Below, piece by piece: positions 38,122 through 47,528 of a stretch of 64,000 nt of DNA. Under the pieces are notes generated by a model. The model worked only from the letters and a program-made list of their open reading frames with translations. It made no database searches and was not told where the DNA came from. The DNA lies in NCBI GenBank assembly GCA_963676915.2, contig CAXXVK010000012.1, forward strand, positions 32,001 through 96,000, given 5' to 3'. Numbering within the stretch: position 1 is the first letter of the stretch; each line of letters opens with the position of its first letter. Source of the stretch: Myxococcota bacterium. GTDB lineage: Bacteria > Myxococcota_A > SURF-8 > G963663525. The translations under genes were made by a program, and so were the position numbers.

Positions 38122-39201
38122 TCAGGGTAACACCTCTTGCTGCGGTACAGGTTTCGATGTGGTTGGAGGCTGCGACCAATTCACCCGCTGCAACGAAAAG
38201 TCAAAGCAGAAGGGTGTCTTGGCGCTCTCCGAGTTCGAAACCGACATACGATTTCCGGGTACTTTATCGAGCGTAAAGGTGACCTGTTTTTCACCCATGA
38301 CAATTTCTTTGAAGCGGGTTTGCTCTCCGCAATTCATCGAGAACGTGTAAAAAACTTCCGCATTTTGTGGAGTAACGGTGGCAACAACATCAACCGCTTC
38401 AGTCATCTCGAAAGGAATATCCGCTTTTGTTCCAGGAGGCAGGCAAATGTTTTTCTGTTCCAGGTATTGGGAAGACCGAAGATTTTCCGTTGCTTCCGAA
38501 AAAGCGCTGTTTAAAGCGACAGGTGTGGGAGAAAACGCCGCCACCGCCTCTTTAGCCGACCAAACAGGTGTGAGCCAGCGTTGTCCATTCGGAAGAGCTT
38601 CCCCTCGGGACAATCCGACGAACGTCCCGTTTGCATACGCAAAGGCCACGCTGTCTATAGACGAAGAAGCGGAGGAATTGGTAATCCGCAAAGCTTCCAA
38701 ACCTTCGGCTGTCTCCAGTCGAAGCACTTGGTTATCATCGGTAACCGATAGTGTACCTTCCGAATTTAATGAAACAAGAAACAGATGGACATTGCGCAAT
38801 CCGAAAGAATCGAGAGGCTTTTTCAACATTCTAGGAGCGGGGTGGCGGCAATCGTCGCCATACAATACCGCCAGATCGAGTTCGGGATCGACCCAAAGAA
38901 GTCTGGAATACGTGCAACTTCGATCGGAAAGATCGCGCCCCACGATGCTTTTGGCACGAATCACTGTAGAGGCATGCGACAGCAGCAGGTTGTCCTTGAA
39001 TACGACACCTAAGCCGGTCCATTTTGCAGTCTCGCTATGGTCCCCCTCGAAACGAAATCCTTCGACATCGAGAATCTGCACCCATTCCCGCCATTCATGA
39101 GACGAAGAACGAGGATCGAGATTTTTCGGAGCGCAGGCCGAAAACAGCAATACAAGCCAAATCACAGAAAAAACCGGCCAAACCAAACGATTGCGGGTCA
39201 T
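38122..39201 (-). CDS. Lipoprotein with degenerate trypsin-like (HtrA-type) domain
   Basis: Lipobox FSAC. TGLGVVF..LLLSHASTV..VDPELDLAVL follows the GSGF..TNAHVV..D..DLAL pattern but lacks the catalytic His and the GNSGG motif. Confidence 0.6.
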   Translation of the reverse strand: MTRNRLVWPVFSVIWLVLLFSACAPKNLDPRSSSHEWREWVQILDVEGFRFEGDHSETAKWTGLGVVFKDNLLLSHASTVIRAKSIVGRDLSDRSCTYSRLLWVDPELDLAVLYGDDCRHPAPRMLKKPLDSFGLRNVHLFLVSLNSEGTLSVTDDNQVLRLETAEGLEALRITNSSASSSIDSVAFAYANGTFVGLSRGEALPNGQRWLTPVWSAKEAVAAFSPTPVALNSAFSEATENLRSSQYLEQKNICLPPGTKADIPFEMTEAVDVVATVTPQNAEVFYTFSMNCGEQTRFKEIVMGEKQVTFTLDKVPGNRMSVSNSESAKTPFCFDFSLQRVNWSQPPTTSKPVPQQEVLP

Positions 39202-39577
39202 ACCACTATCTCCAAAACAGGATTCATCACGTTTTCCAACATTGAACCGTAAAAAAGGGATCACGGGAGCATTGTACTCGTCCGTCGGAAACATGCAAGC
39301 CAGTGAAGAAAATGATGAATGCGGAAAGAGGGGAATGAAATCTCTAAAAGTACTTTGTTGTGATAATTCGAGAGAAAACCAATAATAAACGAAAACCTAG
39401 CTCCTTGGTTAAGACCAGTATTTCCACGCAAAAACATGAAGTTGCAAAAACGAATCACGATTTTGGAACTTCGTAGGAAAAAAATCGAAATCGAAAGCTT
39501 CTTTTTCTAGTCTCCAGAGGACTTTGTGGTAGGATAAATGCCTCGAAAACGATCGAAACGCAACAAGGAGACAATAC

Positions 39578-40054
39578 ATGCCTGCGGAAGATTTCCGACT
39601 GCTGAAAAGTTTTCTCGAAGAACGCCCCGTAGCTGTTCGAGCTGCCGAACCACTAAAAGATGGTACGATTTTTCAAATGAACATCGTCGGCGACGATGCT
39701 TCTTACTACGTCGAGCGTGAGGCCAAACGTACGGTTCTCAAAGAGGGCACCCTACCCCGAAACCCGGATATTACGTTCACAATCAGCCAGGCCGCCATCA
39801 AGCGACTGCATGATTTCGACTCCAACAATATCGGAGCCTATGGCGTCGAATTCTTTAAAATCATGGTTTCCGACGACCCGGAACTGTCACTGGATGCTAA
39901 GCTGAATATCGGCTTTTTCAAACTGACAAGACTGGGTGTTTTCAAGATTCTGGCCAAAGGTGGACCGGAAGTCATGTCCTTTCTTGCAACACGAGGCTTG
40001 GGCAGTCTGAAGGCTATCGGCAAAGCCATCAAAAAACTGACGGGTAAAAATTAA
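39578..40054 (+). CDS. SCP2 sterol-binding-domain-like protein
   Basis: FQMNIVG..YYV..VLKEG..PDITFTIS pattern; AAGGAG SD. Confidence 0.6.
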   Translation: MPAEDFRLLKSFLEERPVAVRAAEPLKDGTIFQMNIVGDDASYYVEREAKRTVLKEGTLPRNPDITFTISQAAIKRLHDFDSNNIGAYGVEFFKIMVSDDPELSLDAKLNIGFFKLTRLGVFKILAKGGPEVMSFLATRGLGSLKAIGKAIKKLTGKN

Positions 40055-40083
40055 TTCCCCAGCGATCAAGTGGGTCAGGAAAC

Positions 40084-43000
40084 ATGGCACGATACAAACT
40101 CCTCATCGTAGATCCGGACAGGGATTTCGTAGACCAACTCAAAGAGGACTTCGAATCCGCACCGGTGGTTATAGAATACGCAGAATCCGGTCGAAAATGC
40201 ATGGAAGTTGCGCAACGTGTGGAACCGGATGTCGTCATTCTTGAAATGAACCTTCCCGACACGACAGGATTCAACCTGTTTAAAGGCATCAAAATCCTAC
40301 CGGCCACGCGACAGTCGACGGTCGTAATAATGGGAAGCGACGTCCACCCGAAAACCTTTGAGGAGCATCAAAAGCTCTCCCGCCATGCCGATGTGTATCT
40401 GCATAAACCGTTTACAGCCGCACATCTCTATTCCGAACTAAGTCTGATTCTGGGTTGGGAACCTTGGGGAGATTCACCTCCGCAGACCTTGGAACAAACT
40501 GTGGTTTCCCTCGATCAAACATGGATCGACCATTCCGACGACTTGGCCAAAACCGACATTCAGGGACTGCAAAGCGAAGCCAGCACATCAGTTAGTTATC
40601 TTGCGCCTGAAGGTTCCGTTCCTTCCGGAGACGACAACGACGAAATCATTGCCAAGCTTCGAGAAGAACTGGCTCTTAGTCTTCATCAACGAGCTTCTGT
40701 AGAAGAAAAGCTGGAAGCCACCGAGCAAAGCAACCGGGAACTTTCTCAACGCATTGAAGAACTCGAATCGAAAAAGACCAGTGAAAACGGTGAAGAACGT
40801 AAAGCACTGGAAAAACGTATCTCCGAATTGGAGCGGGAACGAGACCAGTATCGCCGAACCTGGCAGGAAGAAAAAACCAAGTATCAACGAACGGAAGAAC
40901 TTCGCCGTTCGGCTGTGGAAAAAGCGAAATCCTTTGCGGAGAACGCCCGCAAAGCCCAATCGCTGTACAAAACCGCCAAACAGAAATACCAGGAGGAAAA
41001 CTCCCGTTCGATCGAACTTGCAAAGAAATTGAGCGATGTGGAATCCACGCTCTCTTCCCAAAGCCTCGAACTCGATCCGATTCGCCTCGAACTCGAGCAG
41101 GAACACAAGCGATTCGAGGCACTGGAAAGCGACCTCACCCGTCAACAAGAAGAACTAGACAACAGCCGTCAAGAAGCACAAGCCGCTCGGGATGAATTGA
41201 CCGAAACACAGGAACGTGCCGAAACACTGGAAAACAACCTGGAAACCGTGCGTGCGGAACTTTCGGAACTACAAGAAAAGAACGCAGAACTCGTCGAGTT
41301 GTCCGAAGAGTTGAAAACCCAACTAGAAACACGCAACCAGGAACTGGAAGCACGGGAATCGGATATCGCCGGTGTTCGTTCCAAAGCCTCCACCGCTGAA
41401 GAAGAAGCGGAAACACTGCGGATCAAAGTGGAGGAACTCGAGGAAGAAACATCCCGTCTTCGCGACGAGGCAGAGCAAACCCGAAAAGAACTCGAAACCG
41501 AGTGGAGCGAGAAAGTCGAAAACCTGCTTAATGAGAGGGAAAATCTCGTTTCCGAGTGGAAACAGAAGCTGGAAGAAACCGAAGCGGATCGTTCTGAATT
41601 AAAAGAAAAACTCGAAGAAACACAGCAAGACGAAAATTCGCTGAAAACCGAGTTGGAAACGAAACTTACACAGTTGGAACAACAGCTTGCAGAAAAAGAC
41701 GACCAACTGCGTATTGCGAAAGAAGAAGCCGAAAAGCATCTTGAATCCGTTCGTTCGGAATCTACAGTGCAGCTTGAAGATATCGAAAGCCGCCTTGCCG
41801 AAAAAAGCCGTTGGATCGAGGAGTTGGAAAAAGAGTTGGAAACCAGTGGCGAGAAAATCACTTCACTCGAAGAAGATCATCGCCAAGCGCTGGAATCGTT
41901 GCAAAAAGAACTGGAATCCCGCAACGAAGAGTTGGAAATCCTTCGCCAAAAACTGACCGACGCTCCTACCCAGCAGCAACTGAACCAGATCCAGGAAGAA
42001 GCACAAAAACTCGCCGAACAATCCCATGAGGAAACGCAACAAAAAGAACGGGAACTGGAAGATAGCCGGAAACAGTGGGAATTGGAACGGGAACAGTGGC
42101 TCGAAAAGGAGAAAGCACTCGAGACAGAGCGAGACGATCTGAAGCGAGAACTCGCTGAAATCGGGGAGAAAATCCAACAGTTGGAAGACGAAGCCGAAAC
42201 GACTTCCAAAGACTTCAAGGAGCAGTTGAAAGAACGTGAAATTCAACTCGAACACCTGCGCCGAGAATCCGAAGTCAAAGCCGAGGAAACCCAAAAACTA
42301 CTCGAATTACGACAAGAGGAAACCGAGCAACTCGGCGGTCAAATGGCCGACAAACTCAATGAAGTAAAAGAAATTCTAGCCGAACGCGACAAGCAGCTTG
42401 AAGAACTCGAGAACGAGTTGGAAGCTGAAAAAGAAGAAGCCCGTCGTGCCCTGGAAGAAAAGGACAAAGTGCTTGCACAAGCCGAGCAAGATGCCCAGGA
42501 AAAACTTGCTCAGGCTCAAAAGGAAATCATCGAGCGAGAAAACGAACTCACTCAATTGCGAGAAGAAATCAAAACCCTCGAACCGGACGAAGAGCAACTA
42601 GCCGAAAAAGAAGGCGAGTTGTCTCGGCTTCACTCGGAAATAAACGCCCAACGTGAGGAATACGAGCGCCAACTCGAAGAAATGAAGCAAAAGCTGGAGC
42701 GCCGTGAAAAAGAATTGAACGACTTACTGGAGCAATCGAGCGTTCGTCTGATCAATTCCCACGAAAAATTGCAGGAAAAAGCCGAAGTGATCCAGATGCT
42801 CAACGACCGTTTGAAGCGTCGTGAGATGGAATCAAATGCCAGTGATTCCGATTGGCAAAAACGCCTCAAAGAACTGGAAGCCGAGTTGGAGCACGCCCGT
42901 AAAGAAGCGTATAACCACGGAGCACAAATTTTCGAGTTGGAAGACGGTCTTGAAGCCGCCAAGGAACGCCTGGAAGAAACCAACCGTCAGTTGGAAGAAA

Positions 43001-43983
43001 AACGTCAGGCTGTCGAACCTCTGGAAAAAGAAATCGCCGACCTCAAAGCAGCACTCGAAGAAGCCCGGGTAAAGCTTGAAAATCAAAAGGATCAAGGCGT
43101 GGTCTACGCGGAGGAAATCGATACTTTGGAAGCTTCGATCGAGGAAAAAACGGAGGCTTTGGAGGAATCCGAGCAGGCACGTATCCAGTTGGAAGATCGC
43201 TTGCGAGATATGGTCGAAACTCCATTCCCGCAGAAAAATGGCGAAGTACTCGTCAGGCTCAAGAAAGCCAACGAAGAACTTACCCGCAAAGTGGAAACTC
43301 TGCAAAACGAGTTGCAAAATCGTGGAGACGGTGTGCCGCCACTTCCTGCAAGTTTCGGGAATATCACTGTCCCAAACGTCGTGAAAACCTGGCTGATTTC
43401 CAAAGCCGAGGATATCGAGCTACCGAAAGAGATCGAAGCGATTCAGGGGATTGGCCCTCTTAAAAACAAACTGGCGCAGGGTTGGTCGTTGCTTCGCCGG
43501 ATGGAAGACGATTTCCGCCGAGCGCGTGCGATGTTCGATGAAGTCGAGCGGGAGGACGCCGAGCGGATCGAAGAGTTGGAAAGCCGCCTCGATTCCATCG
43601 CTGAAGGCAATGGAGAAGGTGATTCCGTAAATCAAGCGGCTGTAGATATCTACCGGCAGAAAATCGAAGATCAAAAAAAGAAAATCACTCATCTAAACGA
43701 AGAATTGGAAACCGTACGGATGACGTTGTCGCAATCCAATAGCGGGATTGTGATCGGCTCGGAAGACGAAGAATTGGCTCGGGAGAAGATGAAAGGTGAA
43801 ATCGAAGGGTTACGACGTCAGGTCCAGGCTTCCCGCCACCAGATCAGCCAATACGAGGGAAGAATTCGCGCCATGGGTGACGAACGTTTCAAGACCAAGA
43901 GCCAATTGCTTAAAGCCGAGGAAAAACTGAAAGAACTCGTCGAAATCATTCAACGTCACGATCCGAATTTCAAACTGGACTGA
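40084..43983 (+). CDS. Pseudo-receiver plus long coiled-coil protein (AglZ/FrzS-like)
   Basis: Receiver with Glu at the phospho-Asp site (DVVILEMNLP) and FEEHQKLSRHADVYLHKPF, followed by about 1100 aa of E/K/L/Q-rich heptads. Confidence 0.8.
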   Translation: MARYKLLIVDPDRDFVDQLKEDFESAPVVIEYAESGRKCMEVAQRVEPDVVILEMNLPDTTGFNLFKGIKILPATRQSTVVIMGSDVHPKTFEEHQKLSRHADVYLHKPFTAAHLYSELSLILGWEPWGDSPPQTLEQTVVSLDQTWIDHSDDLAKTDIQGLQSEASTSVSYLAPEGSVPSGDDNDEIIAKLREELALSLHQRASVEEKLEATEQSNRELSQRIEELESKKTSENGEERKALEKRISELERERDQYRRTWQEEKTKYQRTEELRRSAVEKAKSFAENARKAQSLYKTAKQKYQEENSRSIELAKKLSDVESTLSSQSLELDPIRLELEQEHKRFEALESDLTRQQEELDNSRQEAQAARDELTETQERAETLENNLETVRAELSELQEKNAELVELSEELKTQLETRNQELEARESDIAGVRSKASTAEEEAETLRIKVEELEEETSRLRDEAEQTRKELETEWSEKVENLLNERENLVSEWKQKLEETEADRSELKEKLEETQQDENSLKTELETKLTQLEQQLAEKDDQLRIAKEEAEKHLESVRSESTVQLEDIESRLAEKSRWIEELEKELETSGEKITSLEEDHRQALESLQKELESRNEELEILRQKLTDAPTQQQLNQIQEEAQKLAEQSHEETQQKERELEDSRKQWELEREQWLEKEKALETERDDLKRELAEIGEKIQQLEDEAETTSKDFKEQLKEREIQLEHLRRESEVKAEETQKLLELRQEETEQLGGQMADKLNEVKEILAERDKQLEELENELEAEKEEARRALEEKDKVLAQAEQDAQEKLAQAQKEIIERENELTQLREEIKTLEPDEEQLAEKEGELSRLHSEINAQREEYERQLEEMKQKLERREKELNDLLEQSSVRLINSHEKLQEKAEVIQMLNDRLKRREMESNASDSDWQKRLKELEAELEHARKEAYNHGAQIFELEDGLEAAKERLEETNRQLEEKRQAVEPLEKEIADLKAALEEARVKLENQKDQGVVYAEEIDTLEASIEEKTEALEESEQARIQLEDRLRDMVETPFPQKNGEVLVRLKKANEELTRKVETLQNELQNRGDGVPPLPASFGNITVPNVVKTWLISKAEDIELPKEIEAIQGIGPLKNKLAQGWSLLRRMEDDFRRARAMFDEVEREDAERIEELESRLDSIAEGNGEGDSVNQAAVDIYRQKIEDQKKKITHLNEELETVRMTLSQSNSGIVIGSEDEELAREKMKGEIEGLRRQVQASRHQISQYEGRIRAMGDERFKTKSQLLKAEEKLKELVEIIQRHDPNFKLD

Positions 43984-44126
43984 TCTTTTTCGTCAACGTG
44001 GGGGATTAAAAACGCGGTATCGTTTGTTTACGAACGGTGCGAATTTGTTACGAATTTGCTTTCGTAATGAGTTCTTCATAAGCTATTCGAAAAAGTAACA
44101 AAAACGATTGCAGAGAGGGTCGAAAC

Positions 44127-44777
44127 GTGGTCGAAAAGCCTCTATTTCCATTGTTTTTAAAATTGGATGGTCGCAAGGTGCTGGTGATCGGTGCGGGGAC
44201 GATCGCTTTACGAAAAATCGAAGCCTTGCTGGAATACGGAGCGCAGGTTAGCGTGATCAGTCGGGACGCGAACGCCGAGATTCAAACAATGGCTTCCGAA
44301 GGAAAAATTCAGCTTGAGCTGGGCGAATTCAAGGAAGAAAGCGTCAAAGACAACATGCTCGTCATCGACGCCACCGGTGACGACGATCTCAGTCCCTGCG
44401 TCGTCGAAACCTGTCGTACGAATGGCGTGTTGCTGAACACCGTGGATATCCCCCCCGCCTGCGATTTCTACATGGCTTCTCGTGTCAGTCGGGGATACCT
44501 GCAAATCGGCATCTCGACAAGCGGCGCGTCTCCGGCACTGGCCAAGCGTTTGCGAGAACATCTCGAACGGCATTTTCCGGCAAAGTGGTCCGACTATCTC
44601 ACCCTGCTTTCACAGGCAAGAGAGCGAATCAAAAAGGCAATTCCCAATAGTCAGAGAGTTCGCAGTTTGGCTGCGGAAGATTTATTGAAGCGCACTATGA
44701 ACGACATGTTCGACGCCACGAAGGATTTAGACGAGGAAAACTTCGAACGCCAATTACGAGCTTTGGAAAAAAGCTAG
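44127..44777 (+). CDS. Precorrin-2 dehydrogenase/ferrochelatase (SirC/Met8/CysG N-terminal domain)
   Basis: FPLFLKLDGRKVLVIGAG, NTVDIP..CDF and IGISTSGASPALAK. Confidence 0.92.
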   Translation: MVEKPLFPLFLKLDGRKVLVIGAGTIALRKIEALLEYGAQVSVISRDANAEIQTMASEGKIQLELGEFKEESVKDNMLVIDATGDDDLSPCVVETCRTNGVLLNTVDIPPACDFYMASRVSRGYLQIGISTSGASPALAKRLREHLERHFPAKWSDYLTLLSQARERIKKAIPNSQRVRSLAAEDLLKRTMNDMFDATKDLDEENFERQLRALEKS

Positions 44778-44940
44778 ATGTCATCCTAAAAATACCGACC
44801 GAAGATTTCGAGGTGATTTCGAGACGAATTCGTCGTTGTCGAGACGCGGAATACCGGGAGTCTTTCAAGTCGAGACCGGCGGCGAAGTCGACCGAAAGCG
44901 TCCGAAAGACGACAGGAGTATATTTTTAGGATGGCTTCTA
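44775..44940 (+). mobile_element. 166-bp MITE-like element, copy A
   Basis: About 20-bp imperfect terminal inverted repeats TAGA(T/A)GTCATCCTAAAAATA..TATTTTTAGGATGGCTTCTA. The left end forms the stop codon of the upstream gene. Confidence 0.85.
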
Positions 44941-44984
44941 ATAAATTCTGTAGCTTTTAGATCACAACTTGGCGCAAATAAAAA

Positions 44985-46013
44985 TCAGCCGAACAATTTT
45001 TGAAGGTTCTCTTTGTAGGGAGCACGAACCACACCCTCTTCGGTGATGATCCCGCTGACCAACTCATTGGGAACGACATCAAAGGCTGGACTCCATACAT
45101 CCACACCTTTCGGCGCCCAGGTGATATCACGATATCCGATGACCTCTTTATGACTGCGCTCTTCGATAGGAATCAGATCGCCGGTTGGAATTTCAAGGTC
45201 GATCGTCGAAGACGGCAAAGCGGCATAAAAAGGAATTTCGTAAAATTTTGCCAGAATGGCCACGCCTAACGTCCCGATTTTATTGCAGACATCACCATTG
45301 GCAACGGTGCGGTCGGAACCAACAATCACTTTCTGGACTTTCCCGGTGGACATCAAACTGGCGGCCATGTTGTCGCAAATCAACGTTACGTCGATACCAT
45401 CCTGCATCAACTCCCAAGTCGTCAATCGCGCGCCTTGCAAGAGAGGACGGGTTTCATCGGCGTACACGTGAATGTTTTTTTCCTGCGCATGGGCGGAACG
45501 AATCACTCCCAACGCCGTTCCCCAACCACCCGTAGCCAAAGCTCCGGCATTGCAATGGGTAAGGATACCATCGCCATCTTCGATCAATTCCGCACCATGT
45601 CGGCCCATTTCCACACACATCGTGATGTCTTCGTCATGGATTTCACGGGCTTCGGCTTCCAGCGCTTCGATCAGGCCGCTCGGGGTACCATCGAAGTCGT
45701 TGTAAACGATACGCATCCTCTCGATCGCCCAGGACAGATTCACCGCCGTGGGACGTGTTGCAAGAAGCGTATCGAGAACTTCTTCAAAGTCTTCGTGCGT
45801 GCATTCACCCTTTTGTTCGGTGATATTGCGCACTTCGACCACGACCCCATACGCTGCAGCAATACCGATGGCCGGAGCTCCACGAACTGCCAACGTACGA
45901 ATGGCGTCGCAAACGATGGTCAGGTTCCGGCAATCCAGATAACTGATCTCGTTCGGCAGGGCGCGTTGGTCGAGAAGGAAAAGCTTTCCATTACTCCATC
46001 CGATGGCTTCCAT
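44985..46013 (-). CDS. mtnA: S-methyl-5-thioribose-1-phosphate isomerase
   Basis: LLDQRALP, VRGAPAIG, TRPTAVNL, LTHCNAGALAT, ETRPLLQGARLT and NKIGT. Start may instead be TTG 46046. Confidence 0.95.
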   Translation of the reverse strand: MEAIGWSNGKLFLLDQRALPNEISYLDCRNLTIVCDAIRTLAVRGAPAIGIAAAYGVVVEVRNITEQKGECTHEDFEEVLDTLLATRPTAVNLSWAIERMRIVYNDFDGTPSGLIEALEAEAREIHDEDITMCVEMGRHGAELIEDGDGILTHCNAGALATGGWGTALGVIRSAHAQEKNIHVYADETRPLLQGARLTTWELMQDGIDVTLICDNMAASLMSTGKVQKVIVGSDRTVANGDVCNKIGTLGVAILAKFYEIPFYAALPSSTIDLEIPTGDLIPIEERSHKEVIGYRDITWAPKGVDVWSPAFDVVPNELVSGIITEEGVVRAPYKENLQKLFG

Positions 46014-46061
46014 GGCGTTCCCCGTTTGTTCTGTTATTCCCGTCAAGATGTTGTGTCACTT

Positions 46062-46090
46062 ATTGTAAACGTGATAGATCTCAAAGGCAA
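46062..46090 (-). promoter_or_regulatory. Putative sigma70 promoter of mtnA
   Basis: TTGCCT-17 bp-TACAAT on the minus strand. Confidence 0.5.
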
Positions 46091-46177
46091 GAGGGATTGA
46101 AATCTTTACGTGTTTTTCATTGAATAACAGTGGAAACCTATAGAAACTCTGAAGTTTTTCAAAGAACGGCAAGCACA

Positions 46178-46560
46178 ATGTGTATTTTCGCTAGAAGTCA
46201 TCCTAAAAATACCGACCGAGGATTTCGAGGTGATTTCGAGACGAATTCGCCGTTGACGAGATGCGGAATACCAGGAATCTTTCAAGTCGAGACCGGCGGC
46301 GAAGTCGACCGAAAGCGTCCGAAAGACGACAGCAGTGTATTTTTAGGATGGCTTCTAGTTTCGTTCCGATTACACTTTTTATCGGCTTGGCCTATCTTGT
46401 GTGGATTCGATTGGATTCACAAAGTGGTCTCAGGAAAAAACTTGGTAACATCATACTGGTATGGCTGCTTGTTTTTTCTTGTATAATACTGGCCGGTTCG
46501 ATACGAGCGACCGTAACGGGCAACGGCCCGCTTACGAAAATCATGGAAATGAACGTCTAA
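46178..46560 (+). pseudogene. Small 2-TM membrane protein gene interrupted by MITE copy B
   Basis: Removing 164 bp (element minus one TA) joins MCIFA to SFVPITLFIGLAYLVWI.. in frame, giving a 72-aa ORF with two hydrophobic helices. Confidence 0.55.
46192..46357 (+). mobile_element. 166-bp MITE-like element, copy B
   Basis: Near-identical to copies A and C; TA at both ends (CTAG context). Confidence 0.88.
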
Positions 46561-46580
46561 CTTTTTAACCGTCCATTGGA

Positions 46581-47525
46581 TCAACGACTTTGCAACAGGC
46601 TTTTCACCTGCTGAACGACCCGTTGGGGCGTTAACCCAGCTTTTTCAAGCATTTGTGCCGGTTCGCCACTTTCCATATAGCGGTTTTCCACACCGATAAT
46701 ACGCATTGGAACGGGTTGAGGTTGGATTACGTTCCATTCGGCCACCGCCGAACCCAATCCACCTGCAACCATGTGTTCCTCGATAGTCACGATCGGTCCC
46801 ATCTGTGCGCAGTTTGAGAGGGTACCGAGATCCAATGGCTTGATCGTGTGCATATTGACCACACGAGGCCGGATGCCTTCCCGGCGCAGGTCGTCGGCTG
46901 CGTCCAGAGCGACGGAAACCATCTGTCCGCAAGCGATCAGGCTGAGATCCTCGCCCTCTTCCAGTACATCCGCCCGCCCCAACTGCCAGTCATCTTCGGG
47001 AGAAGTTACAACAGGAAACTTTTCACGCCCCATACGAAAATAGTATGGATTGGTCCTTTCAGCAGCATCGAGCACAACCTTACGCATCTGGTGGTAATCT
47101 GCCGGAACCACAACCGTCATATTCGGAAGCACGCGCATCAACGCCAGATCTTCGCAGCACTGGTGAGTGGGACCATCTTTGCCTACCGTCACCCCACAGT
47201 GTGCACCAACCACCACAACCCCACACTCGCCGTATGAAAGCTGTTGCCGGGCGATCTCCCATGCCCGACCTACCACAAACATGGCGTAACTTGTCACGAA
47301 TGGTCGCCACCCAGTCAAAGAGAATCCTGCCGCCGTGGCCAGCATCCCCTGCTCGGCGATCCCGAAATCTATGAATCGGTCCGGAAAACGCTCGGCAACC
47401 CTGCTTGTCAATGTCGAGGCAGCTAGATCCGCGTCACAAACCAGAACATTCGGAAATTTTTCACAGGCATCCAACAATCCGTCGGCAAAACCCTCTCGAA
47501 TCAGGCGTTGTTCCCAATTTCGCAT
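46581..47525 (-). CDS. Transketolase, C-terminal (pyrimidine-binding) subunit
   Basis: DADLAAST, DFGIAEQ, GKDGPTHQ, VNMHTIKPLD and TIEEH..GGLGSAV. Confidence 0.95.
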   Translation of the reverse strand: MRNWEQRLIREGFADGLLDACEKFPNVLVCDADLAASTLTSRVAERFPDRFIDFGIAEQGMLATAAGFSLTGWRPFVTSYAMFVVGRAWEIARQQLSYGECGVVVVGAHCGVTVGKDGPTHQCCEDLALMRVLPNMTVVVPADYHQMRKVVLDAAERTNPYYFRMGREKFPVVTSPEDDWQLGRADVLEEGEDLSLIACGQMVSVALDAADDLRREGIRPRVVNMHTIKPLDLGTLSNCAQMGPIVTIEEHMVAGGLGSAVAEWNVIQPQPVPMRIIGVENRYMESGEPAQMLEKAGLTPQRVVQQVKSLLQSR

Positions 47526-47528
47526 GAT

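Noticed and set aside
46130-46486. ORFs reading through the 166-bp element (also 48542-48733 and 48592-48834) as possible transposase fragments
   Set aside because: Too short, no DDE or HUH motifs, and they merely translate the repeat.
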